NCBI GenBank assembly: GCA_964057225.1
Contig: OZ059896.1
Location: 21,080,001-21,144,000 of the forward strand
DNA length: 64,000 nt
Reading direction: 5' to 3'
Origin: Auanema rhodensis
Taxonomy: Eukaryota; Animalia; Nematoda
Part shown: piece by piece, positions 50,101 to 63,100 of the stretch
Numbering within the stretch: position 1 is the first letter of the stretch
How the letters are laid out: each line of letters opens with the position of its first letter
Program-made: the position numbers and the translations under genes
Notes under the pieces: generated by a model
Seen by the model: only the letters and a program-made list of their open reading frames with translations
What the model was told of the DNA's origin: nothing
Databases searched by the model: none

Positions 50101-53100
50101 ATGTTATTCAACGAAAAAATTAATTCTTCAGGGTGAAAATCGAGGATATAAGTGTGAACTTATATCAGTTGATATCTCGGTGCATTTTCAAGCTAGCGCA
50201 AATCTGATAACACAGATCGACGCAGCTTAAAAATCCGCATCGAATGCACTATACTACATTGAGAAACGCTTGATACAAAAATTAGTTATGATCGTTTGAA
50301 AAATGATGCATTAGTGTATGTTGAGTTTCCATGTACACTCAACATTGCTTCCAAAAACATTTTGACAAAAATTTTTTCGAAAAATTTCAAAATAATTTAG
50401 CAAAAAGTAGATGTTTTTAGATTCCATTTTTAAAGGCAAAGACGATAGACAATGTTATTCAACGAAAAAATTAATTCTTCAGGGTGAAAATCGAGGATAT
50501 AAGTGTGAACTTATATCAGTTGATATCTCGGTGCATTTTCAAGCTAGCGCAAATCTGATAACACAGATCGACGCAGCTTAAAAATCCGCATCGAATGCAC
50601 TATACTACATTGAGAAACGCTTGATACAAAAATTAGTTATGATCGTTTGAAAAATGATGCATTAGTGTATGTTGAGTTTCCATGTACACTCAACATTGCT
50701 TCCAAAAACATTTTGACAAAAATTTTTTCGAAAAATTTCAAAATAATTTAGCAAAAAGTAGATGTTTTTAGATTCCTTTTTTTAAGGCAAAGACGATGGA
50801 CAATGTTATTCAACGAAAAAATTAATTCTTCAGGGTGAAAATCGAGGATATAAGTGTGCACTTATATCAGTTGATATCTCGGTGCATTTTTAAGCTAGCG
50901 CAAATCTGATAACACAGATCGACGCAGCTTAAAAATCTGCATCGAATGCACTATACTACATCAAAAAACGCTTGATACAAAAATTAGTTATGATCGTTTG
51001 AAAAATGATGCATTAGTGTATGTTGAGTTTCCATGTACACTCAACATTGCTTCCAAAAACATTTTGACAAAAATTTTTTCGAAAAATTTCAAAATAATTT
51101 AGCAAAAAGTAGATGTTTTTAGATTCCTTTTTTTAAGGCAAAGACGATGGACAATGTTATTCAACGAAAAAATTAATTCTTCAGGGTGAAAATCGAGGAT
51201 ATAAGTGTGAACTTATATCAGTTGATATCTCGGTGCATTTTTAAGCTAGCGCAAATCTGATAACACAGATCGACGCAGCTTAAAAATCTGCATCGAATGC
51301 ACTATACTACATCAAGAAACGCTTGATACAAAAATTAGTTATGATCGTTTGAAAAATGATGCATTAGTGTATGTTGAGTTTCCATGTACACTCAACATTG
51401 CTTCCAAAAACATTTTGACAAAAATTTTTTCGAAAAATTTCAAAATAATTTAGCAAAAAGTAGATGTTTTTAGATTCCATTTTTCAAGGCAAAGACGATA
51501 GACATTGTTATTCAACGAAAAAATTAATTCTTCAGGGTGAAAATCGAGGATATAAGTGTGAACTTATATCAGTTGATATCTCGATGCATTTTCAAGCTAG
51601 CGCAAATCTGATAACACAGATCGACGCAGCTTAAAAATCCGCATCGATTGCACTATACTACATTGAGAAACGCTTGATACAAAAATTAGTTATGATCGTT
51701 TGAAAAATGATGCATTAGTGTATGTTGAGTTTCCATGTACACTCAACATTGCTTCCAAAAACATTTTGACAAAAATTTTTTCGAAAAATTTCAAAATAAT
51801 TTAGCAAAAAGTAGATGTTTTTAGATTCCTTTTTTTAAGGCAAAGACGATGGACAATGTTATTCAACGAAAAAATTAATTCTTCAGGACGAAAATCGAGG
51901 ATATAAGTGTGAACTTATATCAGTTGATATCTCGGTGCATTTTCAAGCTAGCGCAAATCTGATAACACAGATCGACGCAGCTTAAAAATCCGCATCGAAT
52001 GCACTATACTACATTGAGAAACGCTTAATACAAAAATTAGTTATGATCGTTTGAAAAATGATGCATTAGTGTATGTTGAGTTTCCATGTACACTCAACAT
52101 TGCTTCCAAAAACATTTTGACAAAAATTTTTTCGAAAAATTTCAAAATAATTTAGCAAAACGTAGTTGTTTTTAGATTCCATTTTTCAAGGCAAAGACGA
52201 TGGACAATGTTATTCAACGAAAAAATTAATTCTTCAGGGTGAAAATCGAGGATATAAGTGTGAACTTATATCAGTTGATATCTCGATGCATTTTCAAGCT
52301 AGCGCAAATCTGATAACACAGATCGACGCAGCTTAAAAATCCGCATCGATTGCACTATACTACATTGAGAAACGCTTGATACAAAAATTAGTTATGATCG
52401 TTTGAAAAATGATGCATTAGTGTATGTTGAGTTTCCATGTACACTCAACATTGCTTCCAAAAACATTTTGACAAAAATTTTTTCGAAAAATTTCAAAATA
52501 ATTTAGCAAAAAGTAGATGTTTTTAGATTCCTTTTTTTAAGGCAAAGACGATGGACAATGTTATTCAACGAAAAAATTAATTCTTCAGGACGAAAATCGA
52601 GGATATAAGTGTGAACTTATATCAGTTGATATCTCGGTGCATTTTCAAGCTAGCGCAAATCTGATAACACAGATCGACGCAGCTTAAAAATCCGCATCGA
52701 ATGCACTATACTACATTGAGAAACGCTTAATACAAAAATTAGTTATGATCGTTTGAAAAATGATGCATTAGTGTATGTTGAGTTTCCATGTACACTCAAC
52801 ATTGCTTCCAAAAACATTTTGACAAAAATTTTTTCGAAAAATTTCAAAATAATTTAGCAAAAAGTAGATGTTTTTAGATTCCTTTTTTTAAGGCAAAGAC
52901 GATGGACAAGGTTATTCAACGAAAAAATTAATTCTTCAGGACGAAAATCGAGGATATAAGTGTGAACTTATATCAGTTGATATCTCGGTGCATTTTCAAG
53001 CTAGCGCAAATCTGATAACACAGATCGACGCAGCTTAAAAATCCGCATCGAATGCACTATACTACATTGAGAAACGCTTAATACAAAAATTAGTTATGAT

Positions 53101-53840
53101 CGTTTGAAAAATGATGCATTAGTGTATGTTGAGTTTCCATGTACACTCAACATTGCTTCCAAAAACATTTTGACAAAAATTTTTTCGAAAAATTTCAAAA
53201 TAATTTAGCAAAAAGTAGATGTTTTTAGATTCCTTTTTTTAAGGCAAAGACGATGGACAATGTTATTCAACGAAAAAATTTATTCTTCAGGACGAAAATC
53301 GAGGATATAAGTGTGAACTTATATCAGTTGATATCTCGGTGCATTTTTAAGCTAGCGCAAATCGGATAACACAGATCGACGCAGCTTAAAAATCCGCATC
53401 GAATGCACTATACTACATTGAGAAACGCTTAATACAAAAATTAGTTATGATCGTTTGAAAAATGATGCATTAGTGTATGTTGAGTTTCCATGTACACTCA
53501 ACATTGCTTCCAAAAACATTTTGACAAAAATTTTTTCGAAAAATTTCAAAATAATTTAGCAAAAAGTAGATGTTTTTAGATTCCATTTTTCAAGGCAAAG
53601 ACGATGGACAATGTTATTCAACAAAAAAATTAATTCTTCAGGGTGAAAATCGAGGATATAAGTGTGAACTTATATCAGTTGATATCTCGGGGCATTTTTA
53701 AGCTAGCGCAAATCTGATAACACAGATCGACGCAGCTTAAAAATCCGCATCGAATGCACTATACTACATCAAGAAACGCTTGATACAAAAATTAGTTATG
53801 ATCGTTTGAAAAATGATGCATTAGTGTATGTTGAGTTTCC

Positions 53841-53946
53841 ATGTACACTCAACATTGCTTCCAAAAACATTTTGACAAAAATTTTTTCAAAAAATGTACA
53901 CTCAACATTGCTTCCAAAAACATTTTGACAAAAATTTTTTCGAAAA
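53841..53946. repeat. 53-bp internal tandem duplication making a 404-bp monomer (53704-54107)
   Basis: atgtacactcaacattgcttccaaaaacattttgacaaaaattttttc[a/g]aaaa occurs at 53841-53893 and 53894-53946. The copies differ only at 53889 (a) vs 53942 (g). Confidence 0.97.
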
Positions 53947-54107
53947 ATTTCAAAATAATTTAGCAAAAAGTAGATGTTTTTAGATTCCTTTTTTTAAGGC
54001 AAAGACGATGGACAATGTTATTCAACGAAAAAATTAATTCTTCAGGGTGAAAATCGAGGATATAAGTGTGAACTTATATCAGTTGATATCTCGGTGCATT
54101 TTCAAGC

Positions 54108-57100
54108 TAGCGCAAATCTGATAACACAGATCGACGCAGCTTAAAAATCCGCATCGAATGCACTATACTACATTGAGAAACGCTTGATACAAAAATTAGT
54201 TATGATCGTTTGAAAAATGATGCATTAGTGTATGTTGAGTTTCCATGTACACTCAACATTGCTTCCAAAAACATTTTGACAAAAATTTTTTCGAAAAATT
54301 TCAAAATAATTTAGCAAAAAGTAGATGTTTTTAGATTCCATTTTTCAAGGCAAAGACGATAGACAATGTTATTCAACGAAAAAATTAATTCTTCAGGGTG
54401 AAAATCGAGGATATAAGTGTGAACTTATATCAGTTGATATCTCGGTGCATTTTCAAGCTAGCGCAAATCTGATAACACAGATCGACGCAGCTTAAAAATC
54501 CGCATCGAATGCACTATACTACATTGAGAAACGCTTGATACAAAAATTAGTTATGATCGTTTGAAAAATGATGCATTAGTGTATGTTGAGTTTCCATGTA
54601 CACTCAACATTGCTTCCAAAAACATTTTGACAAAATTTTTTTCGAAAAATTTCAAAATAATTTAGCAAAAATTAGATGTTTTTAGATTCCTTTTTTTAAG
54701 GCAAAGACGATGGACAATGTTATTCAACGAAAAAATTAATTCTTCAGGGTGAAAATCGAGGATATAAGTGTGAACTTATATCAGTTGATATCTCGGTGCA
54801 TTTTCAAGCTAGCGCAAATCTGATAACACAGATCGACGCAGCTTAAAAATCCGCATCGAATGCACTATACTACATTGAGAAACGCTTGATACAAAAATTA
54901 GTTATGATCGTTTGAAAAATGATGCATTAGTGTATGTTGAGTTTCCATGTACACTCAACATTGCTTCCAAAAACATTTTGACAAAATTTTTTTCGAAAAA
55001 TTTCAAAATAATTTAGCAAAAATTAGATGTTTTTAGATTCCTTTTTTTAAGGCAAAGACGATGGACAATGTTATTCAACGAAAAAATTAATTCTTCAGGG
55101 TGAAAATCGAGGATATAAGTGTGAACTTATATCAGTTGATATCTCGGTGCATTTTCAAGCTAGCGCAAATCTGATAACACAGATCGACGCAGCTTAAAAA
55201 TCCGCATCGAATGCACTATACTACATTGAGAAACGCTTGATACAAAAATTAGTTATGATCGTTTGAAAAATGATGCATTAGTGTATGTTGAGTTTCCATG
55301 TACACTCAACATTGCTTCCAAAAACATTTTGACAAAAATTTTTTCGAAAAATTTCAAAATAATTTAGCAAAAAGTAGATGTTTTTAGATTCCATTTTTCA
55401 AGGCAAAGACGATAGACAATGTTATTCAACGAAAAAATTAATTCTTCAGGGTGAAAATCGAGGATATAAGTGTGAACTTATATCAGTTGATATCTCGGTG
55501 CATTTTCAAGCTAGCGCAAATCTGATAACACAGATCGACGCAGCTTAAAAATCCGCATCGAATGCACTATACTACACTGAGAAACGCTTGATACAAAAAT
55601 TAGTTATGATCGTTTGAAAAATGATGCATTAGTGTATGTTGAGTTTCCATGTACACTCAACATTGCTTCCAAAAACATTTTGACAAAATTTTTTTCGAAA
55701 AATTTCAAAATAATTTAGCAAAAATTAGATGTTTTTAGATTCCTTTTTTTAAGGCAAAGACGATGGACAATGTTATTCAACGAAAAAATTAATTCTTCAG
55801 GGTGAAAATCGAGGATATAAGTGTGAACTTATATCAGTTGATATCTCGGTGCATTTTCAAGCTAGCGCAAATCTGATAACACAGATCGACGCAGCTTAAA
55901 AATCCGCATCGAATGCACTATACTACATTGAGAAACGCTTGATACAAAAATTAGTTATGATCGTTTGAAAAATGATGCATTAGTGTATGTTGAGTTTCCA
56001 TGTACACTCAACATTGCTTCCAAAAACATTTTGACAAAAATTTTTTCGAAAAATTTCAAAATAATTTAGCGAAAAGTAGATGTTTTTAGATTCCTTTTTT
56101 TAAGGCAAAGACGATGGACAATGTTATTCAACGAAAAAATTAATTCTTCAGGACGAAAATCGAGGATATAAGTGTAAACTTATATCAGTTGATATCTCGG
56201 TGCATTTTTAAGCTAGCGCAAATCTGATAACACAGATCGACGCAGCTTAAAAATCCGCATCGAATGCACTATACTACATTGAGAAACGCTTAATACAAAA
56301 ATTAGTTATGATCGTTTGAAAAATGATGCATTAGTGTATGTTGAGTTTCCATGTACACTCAACATTGCTTCCAAAAACATTTTGACAAAAATTTTTTCGA
56401 AAAATTTCAAAATAATTTAGCAAAAAGTAGATGTTTTTAGATTCCATTTTTCAAGGCAAAGACGATAGACAATGTTATTCAACGAAAAAATTAATTCTTC
56501 AGGGTGAAAATCGAGGATATAAGTGTGAACTTATATCAGTTGATATCTCGGTGCATTTTCAAGCTAGCGCAAATCTGATAACACAGATCGACGCAGCTTA
56601 AAAATCCGCATCGAATGCACTATACTACATTGAGAAACGCTTGATACAAAAATTAGTTATGATCGTTTGAAAAATGATGCATTAGTGTATGTTGAGTTTC
56701 CATGTACACTCAACATTGCTTCCAAAAACATTTTGACAAAATTTTTTTCGAAAAATTTCAAAATAATTTAGCAAAAATTAGATGTTTTTAGATTCCTTTT
56801 TTTAAGGCAAAGACGATGGACAATGTTATTCAACGAAAAAATTAATTCTTCAGGGTGAAAATCGAGGATATAAGTGTGAACTTATATCAGTTGATATCTC
56901 GGTGCATTTTCAAGCTAGCGCAAATCTGATAACACAGATCGACGCAGCTTAAAAATCCGCATCGAATGCACTATACTACATTGAGAAACGCTTGATACAA
57001 AAATTAGTTATGATCGTTTGAAAAATGATGCATTAGTGTATGTTGAGTTTCCATGTACACTCAACATTGCTTCCAAAAACATTTTTACAAAAATTTTTTC

Positions 57101-60100
57101 GAAAAATTTCAAAATAATTTAGCAAAAAGTAGATGTTTTTAGATTCCATTTTTCAAGGCAAAGACGATAGACAATGTTATTCAACGAAAAAATTAATTCT
57201 TCAGGGTGAAAATCGAGGATATAAGTGTGAACTTATATCAGTTGATATCTCGGTGCATTTTCAAGCTAGCGCAAATCTGATAACACAGATCGACGCAGCT
57301 TAAAAATCCGCATCGAATGCACTATACTACATTGAGAAACGCTTGATACAAAAATTAGTTATGATCGTTTGAAAAATGATGCATTAGTGTATGTTGAGTT
57401 TCCATGTACACTCAACATTGCTTCCAAAAACATTTTGACAAAACTTTTTTCGAAAAATTTCAAAATAATTTAGCAAAAATTAGATGTTTTTAGATTCCTT
57501 TTTTTAAGGCAAAGACGATGGACAATGTTATTCAACGAAAAAATTAATTCTTCAGGGTGAAAATCGAGGATATAAGTGTGAACTTATATCAGTTGATATC
57601 TCGGTGCATTTTCAAGCTAGCGCAAATCTGATAACACAGATCGACGCAGCTTAAAAATCCGCATCGAATGCACTATACTACATTGAGAAACGCTTGATAC
57701 AAAAATTAGTTATGATCGTTTGAAAAATGATGCATTAGTGTATGTTGAGTTTCCATGTACACTCAACATTGCTTCCAAAAACATTTTGACAAAAATTTTT
57801 TCGAAAAATTTCAAAATAATTTAGCAAAAAGTAGATGTTTTTAGATTCCTTTTTTTAAGGCAAAGACGATGGACAATGTTATTCAACGAAAAAATTAATT
57901 CTTCAGGACGAAAATCGAGGATATAAGTGTAAACTTATATCAGTTGATATCTCGGTGCATTTTTAAGCTAGCGCAAATCTGATAACACAGATCGACGCAG
58001 CTTAAAAATCCGCATCGAATGCACTATACTACATTGAGAAACGCTTAATACAAAAATTAGTTATGATCGTTTGAAAAATGATGCATTAGTGTATGTTGAG
58101 TTTCCATGTACACTCAACATTGCTTCCAAAAACATTTTGACAAAAATTTTTTCGAAAAATTTCAAAATAATTTAGCAAAAAGTAGATGTTTTTAGATTCC
58201 ATTTTTCAAGGCAAAGACGATAGACAATGTTATTCAACGAAAAAATTAAATCTTCAGGGTGAAAATCGAGGATATAAGTGTGAACTTATATCAGTTGATA
58301 TCTCGGTGCATTTTCAAGCTAGCGCAAATCTGATAACACAGATCGACGCAGCTTAAAAATCCGCATCGAATGCACTATACTACATTGAGAAACGCTTGAT
58401 ACAAAAATTAGTTATGATCGTTTGAAAAATGATGCATTAGTGTATGTTGAGTTTCCATGTACACTCAACATTGCTTCCAAAAACATTTTGACAAAATTTT
58501 TTTCGAAAAATTTCAAAATAATTTAGCAAAAATTAGATGTTTTTAGATTCCTTTTTTTAAGGCAAAGACGATGGACAATGTTATTCAACGAAAAAATTAA
58601 TTCTTCAGGGTGAAAATCGAGGATATAAGTGTGAACTTATATCAGTTGATATCTCGGTGCATTTTCAAGCTAGCGCAAATCTGATAACACAGATCGACGC
58701 AGCTTAAAAATCCGCATCGAATGCACTATACTACATTGAGAAACGCTTGATACAAAAATTAGTTATGATCGTTTGAAAAATGATGCATTAGTGTATGTTG
58801 AGTTTCCATGTACACTCAACATTGCTTCCAAAAACATTTTGACAAAAATTTTTTCGAAAAATTTCAAAATAATTTAGCAAAAAGTAGATGTTTTTAGATT
58901 CCATTTTTCAAGGCAAAGACGATAGACAATGTTATTCAACGAAAAAATTAATTCTTCAGGACGAAAATCGAGGATATAAGTGTAAACTTATATCAGTTGA
59001 TATCTCGGTGCATTTTTAAGCTAGCGCAAATCTGATAACACAGATCGACGCAGCTTAAAAATCCGCATCGAATGCACTATACTACATTGAGAAACGCTTG
59101 ATACAAAAATTAGTTATGATCGTTTGAAAAATGATGCATTAGTGTATGTTGAGTTTCCATGTACACTCAACATTGCTTCCAAAAACATTTTGACAAAATT
59201 TTTTTCGAAAAATTTCAAAATAATTTAGCAAAAATTAGATGTTTTTAGATTCCTTTTTTTAAGGCAAAGACGATGGACAATGTTATTCAACGAAAAAATT
59301 AATTCTTCAGGGTGAAAATCGAGGATATAAGTGTGAACTTATATCAGTTGATATCTCGGTGCATTTTCAAGCTAGCGCAAATCTGATAACACAGATCGAC
59401 GCAGCTTAAAAATCCGCATCGAATGCACTATACTACATTGAGAAACGCTTGATACAAAAATTAGTTATGATCGTTTGAAAAATGATGCATTAGTGTATGT
59501 TGAGTTTCCATGTACACTCAACATTGCTTCCAAAAACATTTTGACAAAAATTTTTTCGAAAAATTTCAAAATAATTTAGCGAAAAGTAGATGTTTTTAGA
59601 TTCCTTTTTTTAAGGCAAAGACGATGGACAATGTTATTCAACGAAAAAATTAATTCTTCAGGACGAAAATCGAGGATATAAGTGTAAACTTATATCAGTT
59701 GATATCTCGGTGCATTTTTAAGCTAGCGCAAATCTGATAACACAGATCGACGCAGCTTAAAAATCCGCATCGAATGCACTATACTACATTGAGAAACGCT
59801 TAATACAAAAATTAGTTATGATCGTTTGAAAAATGATGCATTAGTGTATGTTGAGTTTCCATGTACACTCAACATTGCTTCCAAAAACATTTTGACAAAA
59901 ATTTTTTCAAAAAATTTCAAAATAATTTAGCAAAAAGTAGATGTTTTTAGATTCCATTTTTCAAGGCAAAGACGATGGACATTGTTATTCAACGAAAAAA
60001 TTAATTCTTCAGGGTGAAAATCGAGGATATAAGTTTGAACTTATATCAGTTGATATCTCGGTGCATTTTCAAGCTAGCGCAAATCTGATAACACAGATCG

Positions 60101-63100
60101 ACGCAGCTTAAAAATCCGCATCGAATGCACTATACTACATTGAGAAACGCTTGATACAAAAATTAGTTATGATCGTTTGAAAAATGATGCATTAGTGTAT
60201 GTTGAGTTTCCATGTACACTCAACATTGCTTCCAAAAACATTTTGACAAAAATTTTTTCGAAAAATTTCAAAATAATTTAGCAAAAAGTAGATGTTTTTA
60301 GATTCCATTTTTCAAGGCAAAGACGATAGACAATGTTATTCAACGAAAAAATTAATTCTTCAGGGTGAAAATCGAGGATATAAGTGTGAACTTATATCAG
60401 TTGATATCTCGGTGCATTTTCAAGCTAGCGCAAATCTGATAACACAGATCGACGCAGCTTAAAAATCCGCATCGAATGCACTATACTACATTGAGAAACG
60501 CTTGATACAAAAATTAGTTATGATCGTTTGAAAAATGATGCATTAGTGTATGTTGAGTTTCCATGTACACTCAACATTGCTTCCAAAAACATTTTGACAA
60601 AATTTTTTTCGAAAAATTTCAAAATAATTTAGCAAAAATTAGATGTTTTTAGATTCCTTTTTTTAAGGCAAAGACGATGGACAATGTTATTCAACGAAAA
60701 AATTAATTCTTCAGGGTGAAAATCGAGGATATAAGTGTGAACTTATATCAGTTGATATCTCGGTGCATTTTCAAGCTAGCGCAAATCTGATAACACAGAT
60801 CGACGCAGCTTAAAAATCCGCATCGAATGCACTATACTACATTGAGAAACGCTTGATACAAAAATTAGTTATGATCGTTTGAAAAATGATGCATTAGTGT
60901 ATGTTGAGTTTCCATGTACACTCAACATTGCTTCCAAAAACATTTTGACAAAATTTTTTTCGAAAAATTTCAAAATAATTTAGCAAAAATTAGATGTTTT
61001 TAGATTCCTTTTTTTAAGGCAAAGACGATGGACAATGTTATTCAACGAAAAAATTAATTCTTCAGGGTGAAAATCGAGGATATAAGTGTGAACTTATATC
61101 AGTTGATATCTCGGTGCATTTTCAAGCTAGCGCAAATCTGATAACACAGATCGACGCAGCTTAAAAATCCGCATCGAATGCACTATACTACATTGAGAAA
61201 CGCTTGATACAAAAATTAGTTATGATCGTTTGAAAAATGATGCATTAGTGTATGTTGAGTTTCCATGTACACTCAACATTGCTTCCAAAAACATTTTGAC
61301 AAAAATTTTTTCGAAAAATTTCAAAATAATTTAGCAAAAAGTAGATGTTTTTAGATTCCATTTTTCAAGGCAAAGACGATAGACAATGTTATTCAACGAA
61401 AAAATTAATTCTTCAGGGTGAAAATCGAGGATATAAGTGTGAACTTATATCAGTTGATAGCTCGGTGCATTTTCAAGCTAGCGCAAATCTGATAACACAG
61501 ATCGACGCAGCTTAAAAATCCGCATCGAATGCACTATACTACATTGAGAAACGCTTGATACAAAAATTAGTTATGATCGTTTGAAAAATGATGCATTAGT
61601 GTATGTTGAGTTTCCATGTACACTCAACATTGCTTCCAAAAACATTTTGACAAAAATTTTTTCGAAAAATTTCAAAATAATTTAGCAAAAAGTAGATGTT
61701 TTTAGATTTCTTTTTTTAAGGCAAAGACGATGGACAATGTTATTCAACGAAAAAATTAATTCTTCAGGACGAAAATCGAGGATATAAGTGTAAACTTATA
61801 TCAGTTGATATCTCGGTGCATTTTTAAGCTAGCGCAAATCTGATAACACAGATCGACGCAGCTTAAAAATCCGCATCGAATGCACTATACTACATTGAGA
61901 AACGCTTAATACAAAAATTAGTTATGATGGTTTGAAAAATGATGCATTAGTGTATGTTGAGTTTCCATGTACACTCAACATTGCTTCCAAAAACATTTTG
62001 ACAAAAATTTTTTCAAAAAATTTCAGAATAATTTAGCAAAAAGTAGATGTTTTTAGATTCCATTTTTCAAGGCAAAGACGATGGACATTGTTATTCAACG
62101 AAAAAATTAATTCTTCAGGGTGAAAATCGAGGATATAAGTGTGAACTTATATCAGTTGATATCTCGGTGCATTTTTAAGCTAGCGCAAATCTGATAACAC
62201 AGATCGACGCAGCTTAAAAATCCGCATCGAATGCACTATACTACATTGAGAAACGCTTGATACAAAAATTAGTTATGATCGTTTGAAAAATGATGCATTA
62301 GTGTATGTTGAGTTTCCATGTACACTCAACATTGCTTCCAAAAACATTTTGACAAAATTTTTTTCGAAAAATTTCAAAATAATTTAGCAAAAATTAGATG
62401 TTTTTAGATTCCTTTTTTTAAGGCAAAGACGATGGACAATGTTATTCAACGAAAAAATTAATTCTTCAGGGTGAAAATCGAGGATATAAGTGTGAACTTA
62501 TATCAGTTGATATCTCGGTGCATTTTTAAGCTAGCGCAAATCTGATAACACAGATCGACGCAGCTTAAAAATCCGCATCGGATGCACTATACTACATTGA
62601 GAAACGCTTAATACAAAAATTAGTTATGATCGTTTGAAAAATGATGCATTAGTGTATGTTGAGTTTCCATGTACACTCAACATTGCTTCCAAAAACATTT
62701 TGACAAAAATTTTTTCGAAAAATTTCAAAATAATTTAGCAAAAAGTAGATGTTTTTAGATTCCATTTTTCAAGGCAAAGACGATAGACAATGTTATTCAA
62801 CGAAAAAATTAATTCTTCAGGGTGAAAATCGAGGATATAAGTGTGAACTTATATCAGTTGATATCTCGGTGCATTTTCAAGCTAGCGCAAATCTGATAAC
62901 ACAGATCGACGCAGCTTAAAAATCCGCATCGAATGCACTATACTACATTGAGAAACGCTTGATACAAAAATTAGTTATGATCGTTTGAAAAATGATGCAT
63001 TAGTGTATGTTGAGTTTCCATGTACACTCAACATTGCTTCCAAAAACATTTTGACAAAATTTTTTTCGAAAAATTTCAAAATAATTTAGCAAAAAGTAGA

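Larger units (their letters stand above)
21412..54107. repeat. Sub-domain III (monomers 62-154): mosaic carrying the ggacg, aatcggat, cggggc, tttattc and ccgtatc alleles, with local 2-, 6- and 7-mer periodicities
   Basis: First ggacg at 21702-21703. The aatcggat, cggggc and tttattc alleles were seen only between about 22000 and 53700. Confidence 0.8.

Noticed and set aside
52159-52167. Two nearby private changes (52161 a>c, 52166 a>t) creating an aac-gta-gtt mini-hairpin
   Set aside because: It is a single copy with only a 3-bp stem, and the changes lie on opposite arms, so one template switch does not explain it; it could be chance or error.
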